Shown here: one piece after another, positions 1 through 9,576 of the stretch
Layout: the number at the start of each line of letters is the position of its first letter
Numbering within the stretch: the first letter of the stretch is position 1
Source: a virus
Virus record (IMG/VR): IMGVR_UViG_3300037011_000606
Location: 31,098 to 95,097 of that record
Strand: one strand, 5' to 3'
Length of the DNA stretch: 64,000 bases
Made by a program: the position numbers and the translations under genes
Notes under the pieces: generated by a model
What the model was told of the DNA's origin: nothing
Database searches by the model: none
What the model saw: only the letters and a program-made list of their open reading frames with translations

Positions 1-71
1 TCAAGGTAGATAAGGGTGTAGAGAATAACACCGTGGAGATAAGATCAAAGCCAAAGAGAGTGGATTTATGA
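1..71 (+). CDS. 3' end of a gene truncated by the window edge
   Basis: Open frame 3-71 (KVDKGVENNTVEIRSKPKRVDL*); stop overlaps the next ATG (ATGA). Confidence 0.5.
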   Translation, partial: KVDKGVENNTVEIRSKPKRVDL

Positions 72-226
72 GTTCGGCGAACCTAGTCCAAAGCTGTATG
101 GGCTGCCCATACTTCTATGTGGATATGATAGTTGCATCTAATTTCACGGCTATACCTTACTGCCACTTACCCATCGGTACAATGTGTCCGAAGGTCACTC
201 TCATATATAAGGAGGATGGAATATGA
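68..226 (+). CDS. small Cys-rich protein (52 aa), not in ORF track
   Basis: MSSANLVQSCMGCPYF...PYCHLPIGTMCPKV...; ATGA overlaps with both neighbours. Confidence 0.6.
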   Translation: MSSANLVQSCMGCPYFYVDMIVASNFTAIPYCHLPIGTMCPKVTLIYKEDGI

Positions 227-939
227 AACCAAAGAGCAAGATAAGCAGTGCAATATGTCTTATATCTGGTGGGCTGGATTCCGCGACCGTTTTAGGGATA
301 CTGTTAGAACAAGGGTACAAGGTCTACCCGCGGACTTTCGATTACGGCCAGCTTCACAAGAGAGAGATTCAAAGTGCAAAGAACATAGTATCATACTACA
401 AAGACAAGTATCCTGGTCACCTGTTGCCTGTGGGGGTAGTAGAGCTGGGCGTCCTCAAGACGATCGGCGGATCGGCGCTCACTAACCACAACATAACCGT
501 CCCTACCCAAAGAGACAATAGCGAGATGTCTTCCCATATTCCAGTGACCTACGTCCCAGGACGCAACACCATCCTATTATCCATAGCATTGTCCATCGCC
601 GAAACAGTAGACGCTGACCTTGTGGGCATAGGTGTTAACCATCTCGACTACTCCGGCTACCCAGACTGTCGCCCAGAGTATATAGAAGCGTTTAACAACT
701 TAGCTAGACTGTCGAGCAAGCGCGCTGTAGAAGGTCATCCAATTAGAATCTACGCACCCTTACTCAAGCTCACAAAATCCGAAATTATAAAAAGGGGCAC
801 GGAGATCGGAGTTCCTTACCACCTGACGTGGTCCTGTTATCAGGGAGGAGGTAAACCCTGTGGAGTGTGCGACTCCTGTATACTCCGTGCCCAGGGCTTC
901 AAAGAGGCAGGACTTGAAGACCCCGCAATTCGACCTTAA
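223..939 (+). CDS. queC: 7-cyano-7-deazaguanine (preQ0) synthase QueC
   Basis: SGGLDS PP-loop, FDYGQ, TYVPGRN, DYSGYPDCRPEY, TWSCY and CGVCDSC Zn site; AAGGAGG RBS. Confidence 0.97.
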   Translation: MKPKSKISSAICLISGGLDSATVLGILLEQGYKVYPRTFDYGQLHKREIQSAKNIVSYYKDKYPGHLLPVGVVELGVLKTIGGSALTNHNITVPTQRDNSEMSSHIPVTYVPGRNTILLSIALSIAETVDADLVGIGVNHLDYSGYPDCRPEYIEAFNNLARLSSKRAVEGHPIRIYAPLLKLTKSEIIKRGTEIGVPYHLTWSCYQGGGKPCGVCDSCILRAQGFKEAGLEDPAIRP

Positions 940-995
940 ACCAGTGAAACATACCAAACTTCCATCCCTCTTCGGTTTGTACTATCGGGCCTAAC

Positions 996-1274
996 TCATC
1001 CGCCATTTATCGTGCGGGCAAGTTCTTCAGGTGTTGGGGGTTCATCAACATACTCCCAATACCTTCCATATGCGGTATGTGGCGGATTCTTATGACTAAC
1101 GCTGTTAGCTCGTTCAATCTGGCGACCGAACGAATCAGTCTTTGCTAAGTCCAAACTAACATATACCAGATTAATACAAGCAAATCTATCGTCACCATGA
1201 ACCGCTGTAACGATAGCATTATTGCTCTTACTATATTCATCCACATATATTACCGCATCTCCGATTTTTGGCAT
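996..1274 (-). CDS. hypothetical protein, last gene of the late operon
   Basis: ORF; GGAGGTGG RBS before ATG at 1274 (MPKIGDAVIY...). Confidence 0.7.
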   Translation of the reverse strand: MPKIGDAVIYVDEYSKSNNAIVTAVHGDDRFACINLVYVSLDLAKTDSFGRQIERANSVSHKNPPHTAYGRYWEYVDEPPTPEELARTINGG

Positions 1275-1300
1275 GTTCCACCTCCTGTCCATTAAGGACC

Positions 1301-2416
1301 TTAAACCGGCGTCAACGTCAATGCCACATTAGCCACGCTACCAGAGGCCTTCTCCGCGACCCCCATAGCTATGTTCGACGTACCAGTGGGTGGACTCACT
1401 ATCCCAATCTTCAAATTAGTGATATCCACCATCCACCCACCACTAACCCCATCGGTCTCTTCAGCATCATAGATACTATCTATGACCTTCATATACAATA
1501 CATCATCTCCAGCAGACAAACTGTTCAAATACGCTACTATCGAACTCTTTATCAAGTTCGCTGCATCTGCAGGTACTCCTGAATTTACAGTCACCGTCAA
1601 TAGAACATATACCACTACGCCAGATACTCCATACCAAGTGACCGCAATCCCCGCGGGCCTAACATCATCGATCGCATCATCTACAACAGTATCCGGAGGA
1701 GTCTTCCCATCTATATAGGCTGTAACTGTGTGCAAAGTAGTATTCTCAGTTACCACACATCCCAATACTCCCACCACATCTAATATGGCTGCCCTTATCG
1801 CAGCTAACGTTCCGCCTGCAGTCTCTGTCAATCTATTCTTAGCTCTAATCCTATACGCTCCATCCTCTTCAATATCCTCGCCATCTTCAGCTGCAGCGAT
1901 ATTCGTTATGCTATTCACCCCAACAATGGGCACCTTAACCACGGTAATAGTCCCTGCTCCCACATTGCCAAACTCCCCATATACTGTGCAGGTACAATCA
2001 ATATCTATATACCCCCCTCCAGGTATTATTCCGCCATCATCCGTGGTAAACATCACTGGATCATCGCCAGATGTCTGAACTACAGTATCCTCAGGTATAC
2101 TTGTTGCAGCAACTCCAGTGAATCTGACAACTACTGTTGCCACAGCGGCTGGGTGTCTAGTCACTCCTAGCAAAGCGCAAACACTATCGAGTGAGTTCCC
2201 TGTGGCGAAGTCCACATACCCATTATAATAGATAGCTTCAGCCATCTCCCATAGTTCCGCTTCTTCCAAAGCCTGAACTTCTAATAGCTTGAGCAAAGGC
2301 GAGGTCTCAGTCAAATCAACACTACTTCCAAAAAGCTCCATGGCTCTATTCTTCTTATCATTCAAAATCGCATCGTACGGTTTCGGATTAAAACCAGTCT
2401 GCACTATTCCATACAT
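1301..2416 (-). CDS. baseplate J-like wedge protein
   Basis: ATGNSLD..LLGVTRHPA, GEFGNVGAGTI, GEDIEEDGAYRIR, VRPAGI motifs. Confidence 0.92.
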   Translation of the reverse strand: MYGIVQTGFNPKPYDAILNDKKNRAMELFGSSVDLTETSPLLKLLEVQALEEAELWEMAEAIYYNGYVDFATGNSLDSVCALLGVTRHPAAVATVVVRFTGVAATSIPEDTVVQTSGDDPVMFTTDDGGIIPGGGYIDIDCTCTVYGEFGNVGAGTITVVKVPIVGVNSITNIAAAEDGEDIEEDGAYRIRAKNRLTETAGGTLAAIRAAILDVVGVLGCVVTENTTLHTVTAYIDGKTPPDTVVDDAIDDVRPAGIAVTWYGVSGVVVYVLLTVTVNSGVPADAANLIKSSIVAYLNSLSAGDDVLYMKVIDSIYDAEETDGVSGGWMVDITNLKIGIVSPPTGTSNIAMGVAEKASGSVANVALTLTPV

Positions 2417-3394
2417 CTAAACACCTCCAAACTTCATCTGAATTTCTTCTCCACTCAACAACGTTATACTCAAATCCCAATATAACATCCTATCTTCCAT
2501 CCTATTATACTTCCCACTAACATACTTTGTAAACCTATACATCATGATCGCAGTCTGTATATTCTTAGCTATTAAGCTAGGCTCGGTACTTTGCATAGCG
2601 CTCTCTGCGTCGAACCCAAATGCCAAATGAAAGATGTCATCCCCTAACCCAGTTCTCATTAACACCTCAATATCCTGCTTCACCTTATCCACACCATACA
2701 TCATCATTAACCTATTCGATCCATCAAAGACCAAATCCATCTTGGTATCCAGCTTCAACGTCTTTCCGTATATCCCCTCATCTACCACCCTATCACCAAT
2801 TGGCAGATCGGGCATGTTATAAGTAACCTCAAGAATAGGCTCTTGTCCGGGTACTGAAGGATTTCCCAAAGTCACATACTCATCGTTACCAAAGACAGGA
2901 GCGTCGCCAGAGATATCCCTGCTAGACATAATACATAGCTTAGTCCAACCACCTTTATTAATCCAGCTAATCCCCGTAGCATTCAACACAATATCATTAT
3001 ACACACCAATATTAACAGCCGCGGCACTCAATGAGCCGCCATTGCCAGAATACAACGTCCTATCATAGTCTCCCAATACCACCGGATCATGTGGATAGTC
3101 TGGCTGCCCATTTAACACCACAACATTAAACCCAGCTCCTATCATGGCAGCTTGACCTAACAATTGAAGCTTAACCCCAGATATAATTGCGCCGGTAGGA
3201 ATCGTTGAAGTATCAAATATCAACTCTCCACGATAAGTATAATACATCGGTGCGATAGTTACATATTGACCCACTTGAATATTCGCATAGATAGCCCATC
3301 CCAATGCTGCAGTTCTGCAAGTTGGATAGTCCATATCTCTATTACAAAGAGTCTTACCCTTGCTCAAATTATCCTTAACAATTAATACGGTCAT
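2417..3394 (-). CDS. beta-sandwich (CBM-like) domain fused to a gp25/gpW-like sheath-initiator domain
   Basis: C-terminal DLVFD...GVDKVKQDIEVLMRTGLGDDIFHLAFGFD; N-terminal RGELIFDTSTIP.GA.I..VKL...PILEVTY; sits next to baseplate J. Confidence 0.7.
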   Translation of the reverse strand: MTVLIVKDNLSKGKTLCNRDMDYPTCRTAALGWAIYANIQVGQYVTIAPMYYTYRGELIFDTSTIPTGAIISGVKLQLLGQAAMIGAGFNVVVLNGQPDYPHDPVVLGDYDRTLYSGNGGSLSAAAVNIGVYNDIVLNATGISWINKGGWTKLCIMSSRDISGDAPVFGNDEYVTLGNPSVPGQEPILEVTYNMPDLPIGDRVVDEGIYGKTLKLDTKMDLVFDGSNRLMMMYGVDKVKQDIEVLMRTGLGDDIFHLAFGFDAESAMQSTEPSLIAKNIQTAIMMYRFTKYVSGKYNRMEDRMLYWDLSITLLSGEEIQMKFGGV

Positions 3395-5523
3395 TACATC
3401 ACCTCTATCGCAATTAGCCTCGCCGACATAGATCCACCTGCAGAAGATAAATACTCAAACTCCCCAGCTATATCCTCTACAATCGGAGTTGAAGTACCAC
3501 TCGCAACTAAATAAACCTTCACCTTAACATTCAAATTGGCTGTTACCGCGAGCCCATTATCAAAGTTACTATTAGTTAATATCGTAATTCCATTCGTAGT
3601 TATATTTCCGCTATATGTAGTTAGCACACTATCATCACTCGCTTTCAACACCTCTATCTTATCTACATAGTCATTCACAGAGCACCCCGACGTCGTGATA
3701 GCTAGACTCTTTAGCTTAGCCCCAGCGGTCATCGTCTGAGATGCTGATTTCCAATCCCCAGAGGTGTTATACGGTAACACAGTCATATTCGTAAAGTCAA
3801 CATTACAACTGCTTCCTAAAGTCCCCGCGATATTATTTAAGTGAGCTGTAGGATATCCTGGCAAGAGTGTAACTCCCATACCATATATTATATATGCCGG
3901 CGCCCCAGAGAACCCAGCTGGTCTAGCTCTAGTATCTATCTGCGTCCAAGATGTACCATTAGTACCATAATAACTCGTTATATTACTCGCATCCAATACC
4001 ACTTTGTAATAATACCAAGTTCCAGTAGTTGGGCTTCCAGTCATAGTCCCAGAGAAAGCTCCAGCTATATTTCTCACATTCTCATGCTTCAACCCACCGT
4101 TAGTACCAATGCCCGCGCCATAGTAATTACTCGTATCCCAATATAAACATACCTGTGGCAACCAGCTATTACCAACAGCCACATCGGTCTTCATTCTTCC
4201 AATAATGGTTACATTATCTACTGCCCAAGTTCTTTGAAAGTGACAATACCAATACAAATCACTATTTATCCTAACATATCCCGTGTTATCAGTAATCGTA
4301 GAAGTTGAATATTTATCATCCGTCCAACCAGCTATTCTACTTCCTCCGCTGACCCTATCACAAAGTAACGGTGCGCTGCCGATAGCATCCGCAGCTATTA
4401 AATAATTATCCGTAACCGTTTCCGTATTACTCTTACTCCCACTATCAAAGTCCGCCGTAGTTGTTATTACAAATCCGCCAGGTCCACTTACCCAACCATC
4501 TAATGCTTCTAATATAATAGACGATGAATTATCCCCAACAAAGTAAACCTTCAACTTAACATCAACATTATAAGTGCAATCGAATCCATTATCAAAATTC
4601 GCGGAATATAATGATGTAGTCCCACTCGAAGTTATATTCCCACTGTAAGTAGATAATACTACACTGTCGCTAGCCCTTAAAACTTCCACCTTATCAATAT
4701 AATTATTAGCATCTGCCGAACTCACAGTAAAGTCCAACTTGTACAACTTCTTTCCAGACATGCGTATTGTAGCAGACGCCCAATTACCTGTGGTATTATA
4801 TGGTAGCAAGGTCAAATCAGACATCCTCCATTCATAGGAGGTTGAGCTACCCGCATCGCTATTTAAATGATACCCAGTATATGTGGGTAGTAGAGAAACT
4901 CCACTCCCCCATATTACATAAGCTGGCGCCCCGGAAAACCCAGCTGGCCTAGAACCCCAGGCCTGTATCAACGTCCAAGAACTTCCATCACTACTATAAT
5001 ACCCCTTAACATCCCCAGCAGATAACACAATCTTATAATAGTAGTATGTGCTATAAGAAGGTGTTCCAGTCATAGTAGTAGCCCAAGCGCCAGCTACAAC
5101 ATGATTACACTCATGCTTTAAATTAGTACTCCCACCATCGGCTCCAAGCCCACACCCCCACCAATTATCCCTATCCCAATATAACGCCACCAATGGAAAC
5201 CAGCTATTCCCTATCAAATTAAGCATCACATTAATCTTACCTATAATAGTCACATTATCAGTACTATTGCTTCTTTGTACATGCATATACTTATATCTAT
5301 CGGTGGAAAAGTACAAATTATCAGTATCATCCACTATAGTATTACTTCCACTTACATCGACCGTCCACCCACTCTTTCTAGCCCCACCACTTATCCTATC
5401 ACATACCAAAGGAGCTAATCCTATAGCATTCGCGGCTATCAAGTAATTGTCAGTCACTGTCTCTGTATCAGACTTTGACCCATTGTCAAAATCCGCGGTA
5501 GATGTAAACGAAAAATCAGCCAT
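3394..5523 (-). CDS. baseplate-associated receptor-binding protein with two ~345-aa lectin-like repeats
   Basis: Internal duplication (TADFD.GSKS.TETVTDNYLIAA.AIG twice; RPAGFSGAPAY twice); rich in S/T/G/W/Y. Confidence 0.65.
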   Translation of the reverse strand: MADFSFTSTADFDNGSKSDTETVTDNYLIAANAIGLAPLVCDRISGGARKSGWTVDVSGSNTIVDDTDNLYFSTDRYKYMHVQRSNSTDNVTIIGKINVMLNLIGNSWFPLVALYWDRDNWWGCGLGADGGSTNLKHECNHVVAGAWATTMTGTPSYSTYYYYKIVLSAGDVKGYYSSDGSSWTLIQAWGSRPAGFSGAPAYVIWGSGVSLLPTYTGYHLNSDAGSSTSYEWRMSDLTLLPYNTTGNWASATIRMSGKKLYKLDFTVSSADANNYIDKVEVLRASDSVVLSTYSGNITSSGTTSLYSANFDNGFDCTYNVDVKLKVYFVGDNSSSIILEALDGWVSGPGGFVITTTADFDSGSKSNTETVTDNYLIAADAIGSAPLLCDRVSGGSRIAGWTDDKYSTSTITDNTGYVRINSDLYWYCHFQRTWAVDNVTIIGRMKTDVAVGNSWLPQVCLYWDTSNYYGAGIGTNGGLKHENVRNIAGAFSGTMTGSPTTGTWYYYKVVLDASNITSYYGTNGTSWTQIDTRARPAGFSGAPAYIIYGMGVTLLPGYPTAHLNNIAGTLGSSCNVDFTNMTVLPYNTSGDWKSASQTMTAGAKLKSLAITTSGCSVNDYVDKIEVLKASDDSVLTTYSGNITTNGITILTNSNFDNGLAVTANLNVKVKVYLVASGTSTPIVEDIAGEFEYLSSAGGSMSARLIAIEVM

Positions 5524-5797
5524 CTGTAACCTCTATAACTATATCCCCACCACTCCTTTCGTAAGCTGCAACTACCACCCCAGCAGCTTTATTCTTAGCC
5601 TTGCCATCCTCTCCCAACAGTTTGGTATCAACTACCTTGTCCACCCTCTCTAGCGGAGTAACTGTAATTATGACCTTATCATCCTTAATCACCTGACTAA
5701 CACTGTAATCAGTGACATGAACGTCCGCCGCCACCATAGCTTCGTGTACTAAATTTAAAGCGTTAGCCTTCTCCTTCCACCCCTTAATAACTACCAT
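5516..5797 (-). CDS. hypothetical virion protein
   Basis: ORF coupled to neighbours; GAGGAG RBS. Confidence 0.65.
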   Translation of the reverse strand: MVVIKGWKEKANALNLVHEAMVAADVHVTDYSVSQVIKDDKVIITVTPLERVDKVVDTKLLGEDGKAKNKAAGVVVAAYERSGGDIVIEVTDG

Positions 5798-5801
5798 CTC
5801 C

Positions 5802-6269
5802 TCACCCCAGATAAAATCTCAACCCAACCTTAACATCATGAAGCAACAAACTATCATAATCAGTCAGGGCATTTGTCCACTGAAACTCATAAGTTGCATC
5901 CTCCGCATCCACAGTAGACTTAACATCTATCGACCCAACTATAGCATCTCCAGGCCCATCTGAAGAACCCCCAACCTTCAGCTCATCGTCTACGAACTTA
6001 ATAGCATTAGTTAAGGATCCTCCACTCTTCTTCACCTGTATGTATTGAGTCCCGCTGAGCTTATTCGTACTACTATTGCTATTCTCCACCTTTCTAAACA
6101 TTACAATAGCTTCAACCCTCTTCAACACCAATCCCGTGGGAAAGAAGCCAGGAAGCACAACTACAGAGGGCAAGGTCGGATCCAAACTACCAGAGGTTGT
6201 TAGAGTTACTGTAGCCTGAGGTTCAGAGAACTGCGTCAATACTACTTGCTTCTTCATATACGTCGTCAA
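5802..6269 (-). CDS. hypothetical virion protein (beta-rich)
   Basis: ORF overlapping the spike gene stop, within the baseplate module. Confidence 0.65.
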   Translation of the reverse strand: MTTYMKKQVVLTQFSEPQATVTLTTSGSLDPTLPSVVVLPGFFPTGLVLKRVEAIVMFRKVENSNSSTNKLSGTQYIQVKKSGGSLTNAIKFVDDELKVGGSSDGPGDAIVGSIDVKSTVDAEDATYEFQWTNALTDYDSLLLHDVKVGLRFYLG

Positions 6270-7465
6270 GTATACACCACCATTATAATAATTGAAAAGT
6301 CCGAGGGTAATAAAGCTGCATCATCCGACACCGCATCCGTATCTACAGTTAACCTATCATTCTGCGCCAAGGAAACTATGTCAGGTATTCCACTAGCCGC
6401 ATAAGCTTCTCCCCCACCGGCTGTCGCAGTAATCGTCGGCCTATTAGCTTGAGTAGTAAATATAGTAACACCATTTTTATTCACATCCCAAATACTACTA
6501 GTCACCCCTCCCCCATTCTTTCCTCTCTCTTTAACATCAGCTACCACTCTAGAGATTGTACATGCAGCTGGAGCTATCCAAGCACCATCAACCCTAGTAT
6601 CTATAATAAACTCTCCAGTGCCCACAAACCTAATAGTCTCCTGTGGTGAAGCACCCGCTGGAGCAGCTGGGGTACCATGAGTATGATCTCCTTTTGAGAA
6701 TGTAGCCGCTGTTCCTGCATTTGAAGCTTGTCCAAATGAAGTCTCAGTAGTCACCGTTGTAGCTGCCACCGGAATAGTAGGTGCAGCGGGTGTTCCATGA
6801 GTATGATCGCCCCTAGAGAAGGCAGTGGCTACCCCTGCACTTGGAGCCTGGCCAAATGCTATCTCACTAACTACCGTACCTGATGGCGAAGATCCAGAAC
6901 CACTACTCAACTCTATAGTAACCCCATTAACCCTAACCTTAATCTTAGTCCCATTCCTCCAGATCATCCCATCTACAGGGGTCGTAGGATCCGCACTAAG
7001 GTCCTGTAAAGCTAACTCCTTCTCTACCCCCACCCTTCCAGTTAACATCATCTGTCCAACTGGCCAATTAATATTGGTCTCATTAGCTAACACAAACCCC
7101 GCTAAAACTATAGCATACTCCCTATTGAAATACTCCTCACTATCAATATCCCTTTGAACCACCTGAGTATTAGTAATAAGCGTATCTAGGTTAAACTTCG
7201 AAAATCCGACCAATACCACATCGCCCACAGCTACAGGCAACAACACCATCGATGTTCCCCCTCTGGGAAACACCATTGGCACATCTTCCAACTCCAAATA
7301 AGGGTTGTCAATCCTTTCAATCTTAATCTTAACCCCAACGGTCATCCCACTGTTAACCTTAGTGATAACCCCCGGACACAAAGTCCAGACCCCTCTAACC
7401 AACTCCAATATCATATTGCGAGTGTGGTCAGGAATGCTGACTGGCTCGTCATTAACTGCTTGCAT
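6266..7465 (-). CDS. baseplate central spike (gp138/gpV-like N-terminus) with extended C-terminus
   Basis: LEDVPMVFPRGG...PVAVGDVVLVGFS OB-fold motif; two GDHTHG repeats. Confidence 0.85.
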   Translation of the reverse strand: MQAVNDEPVSIPDHTRNMILELVRGVWTLCPGVITKVNSGMTVGVKIKIERIDNPYLELEDVPMVFPRGGTSMVLLPVAVGDVVLVGFSKFNLDTLITNTQVVQRDIDSEEYFNREYAIVLAGFVLANETNINWPVGQMMLTGRVGVEKELALQDLSADPTTPVDGMIWRNGTKIKVRVNGVTIELSSGSGSSPSGTVVSEIAFGQAPSAGVATAFSRGDHTHGTPAAPTIPVAATTVTTETSFGQASNAGTAATFSKGDHTHGTPAAPAGASPQETIRFVGTGEFIIDTRVDGAWIAPAACTISRVVADVKERGKNGGGVTSSIWDVNKNGVTIFTTQANRPTITATAGGGEAYAASGIPDIVSLAQNDRLTVDTDAVSDDAALLPSDFSIIIMVVYT

Positions 7466-8655
7466 TATCCACTCTCCGGTGGGAACAAACTTTCATCATA
7501 TCCATACTCATACTCATTCTCCAAATCTCCCTCCAAACTAACATCCTCAGAGGGCAATACTAATATAGGCTCGGAGTTTATAACACTCTGTGTAGCTTTT
7601 AGCAATCTGCAGTTCATCTCAACATAATGATCAGATGCACTGCTTACAAACCTAACATCATCAGCTATGTAATACCTCACATGTTGGCGATATTCTACCT
7701 GTATAACCGAACTCCTAAACATGCGCCAATCCAACAGTACTTTAATAGTATACTTAGAATCAGAGGTATTCCCCTTATCATCTCTACTCTGTTCAACAGA
7801 CATCAATCCTGTCTTCTCATTAAACACTAGCCCAGTTGGCATGCCCAAATTCTTCCTCATACAATAAAATCTGCCTTGCCTCATGAACCAGTGCATTGGA
7901 TATTGTACTCTCTTCCCTTCAGTGGGAGATGTTGTAGAGGTCGATACCCATACCCCCTGATGAAAAGCCCGATCAACAATCTCCGATAACCAATACTTAA
8001 AAGTGTGGTCAGTGTTTAGTGCAAAATTCTGCAACATACACTCATCTAAAACTTCCTTATCCAAAAACCCAATTACAACATTAGTTAACTGCAACATATC
8101 TTCAATAACCGTAGTGTACTTTGTTCCCTTTATCCATCGCTGACTACCAACCCTCTGTAGAAACGTCGTTTGATCTTCTACACATTCCAAAGTCAAACAA
8201 TCATCATTATCTGACCTACTCCAGGACATAGATTGCACTTTGCCTAAGAAAATAACCCCATAGTTCGACAACCTACCTGCCATAACAGAAACATATGACC
8301 CCTTGCCATACTGCTTCAATAATCCAAAATGATTAACATTATACAACTTCACTGTACAATCACTTGGTTGAACATTCTTCCCATATTTAATATCAATATC
8401 TATATCCACCCCTTTTACCCACCTACCACCCTCATGCCTCCCCGTATGATATTTCGCCCCATACTTCCCTATCTCCTCCTCAGATTTTCCTTCCTTCGCC
8501 CAAGCTTCTACCTGAGCTTTAATACTACCCAAAGCACTTACTATACTTGGGGCTGGAGCTATAGCTACCTCTATATATTTACAATCAAAAGGCTTAGCTA
8601 AGTTCAACTCCTGAATACTTTTTAACGGGGGTATTGTAGGTGGAATTACGACCAT
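7465..8655 (-). CDS. baseplate hub protein (gp27/gpD-like)
   Basis: C.VKLYNV...VSVMAG...YGVIFLGKV, FNEKTGLM motifs; position before spike. Confidence 0.75.
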   Translation of the reverse strand: MVVIPPTIPPLKSIQELNLAKPFDCKYIEVAIAPAPSIVSALGSIKAQVEAWAKEGKSEEEIGKYGAKYHTGRHEGGRWVKGVDIDIDIKYGKNVQPSDCTVKLYNVNHFGLLKQYGKGSYVSVMAGRLSNYGVIFLGKVQSMSWSRSDNDDCLTLECVEDQTTFLQRVGSQRWIKGTKYTTVIEDMLQLTNVVIGFLDKEVLDECMLQNFALNTDHTFKYWLSEIVDRAFHQGVWVSTSTTSPTEGKRVQYPMHWFMRQGRFYCMRKNLGMPTGLVFNEKTGLMSVEQSRDDKGNTSDSKYTIKVLLDWRMFRSSVIQVEYRQHVRYYIADDVRFVSSASDHYVEMNCRLLKATQSVINSEPILVLPSEDVSLEGDLENEYEYGYDESLFPPESG

Positions 8656-8945
8656 GGGATAAACAACCTAATATCTACATTATCTTCACTTATCTCTTCC
8701 GCGGTTAATAGACCTATCTCTATGCCATTGGTAGGACTCTTTATCGGAATGAAACACCCCTCGCTTAACCTCCCTTGAAAAACAACTGTACCATCACCCA
8801 TCTTCCAAGTGAGTATTAACGAATCATCATAGGAGTTAAACCTATAGGTAAAGCTAAACAACATCTTATCAATCTCTGCAAATACTATCTGCGGAAACCC
8901 AGCTAGATAATTCACAGGAAATGCTACATAATCCATACTTGTCAT
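8646..8945 (-). CDS. small baseplate protein (plug-like)
   Basis: PQIVF.EID...F.FTYRFNS..D.L.L; conserved position between Dit-like and hub genes. Confidence 0.6.
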   Translation of the reverse strand: MTSMDYVAFPVNYLAGFPQIVFAEIDKMLFSFTYRFNSYDDSLILTWKMGDGTVVFQGRLSEGCFIPIKSPTNGIEIGLLTAEEISEDNVDIRLFIPWS

Positions 8946-8949
8946 ATTC

Positions 8950-9576
8950 TCACTTCCAATATTCATTCCAACCTTTAACCAAAGGTCTATCTGCTAACCA
9001 ATCATAAGATGCTTCCCACCACTCCTTATTCTTCGAAGTGGTTGCCGGTTTAATCAAGGTCACCTTATCATAATCTCCAACTGGCGTAAGTCCAATCACC
9101 GTGCCATCAGAGTCCACAATATATTGAAAGGTCGCTGCTTCAAAACTCACAACATTCAGTTGCTTAATCGATAGGGATGCTTCAAAAGATGACTTCGAAG
9201 CACTAGATTCTTTAGTACTCAACCCAGTGATTATCATATTTTCAAATGAACCCAAATCACAGACAAACTTAAACATCATCTTATTGTCCCAGAGCCAAGC
9301 CAAATAGTTATACTGCTCAACTCTATTAAATACACCTTTTGCACTATAATTCCCACCTATAGGATAAGCTTCATCAGAACTCTGATAATTAGGATTAGTC
9401 ACATCTTCATAGAAGGTTATATCCAACTCAAAAGCCACTGGATCATTTGTTATATGAAAATCAACATATACGCCCTCTTCAAGAGCCGCCTGAGTAGTGC
9501 TGGCAGACAGATTGAGCGTAACCGACTTGCACCCCTTATATGTATACGTTCCTATTCTAACATTAGTATTCTTCAT
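8950..9576 (-). CDS. Dit-like / tail tube initiator protein
   Basis: ALEEG..VDFHI..DPV.FELD...FENMIITGL...SLSIKQL; directly after tape measure. Confidence 0.7.
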   Translation of the reverse strand: MKNTNVRIGTYTYKGCKSVTLNLSASTTQAALEEGVYVDFHITNDPVAFELDITFYEDVTNPNYQSSDEAYPIGGNYSAKGVFNRVEQYNYLAWLWDNKMMFKFVCDLGSFENMIITGLSTKESSASKSSFEASLSIKQLNVVSFEAATFQYIVDSDGTVIGLTPVGDYDKVTLIKPATTSKNKEWWEASYDWLADRPLVKGWNEYWK

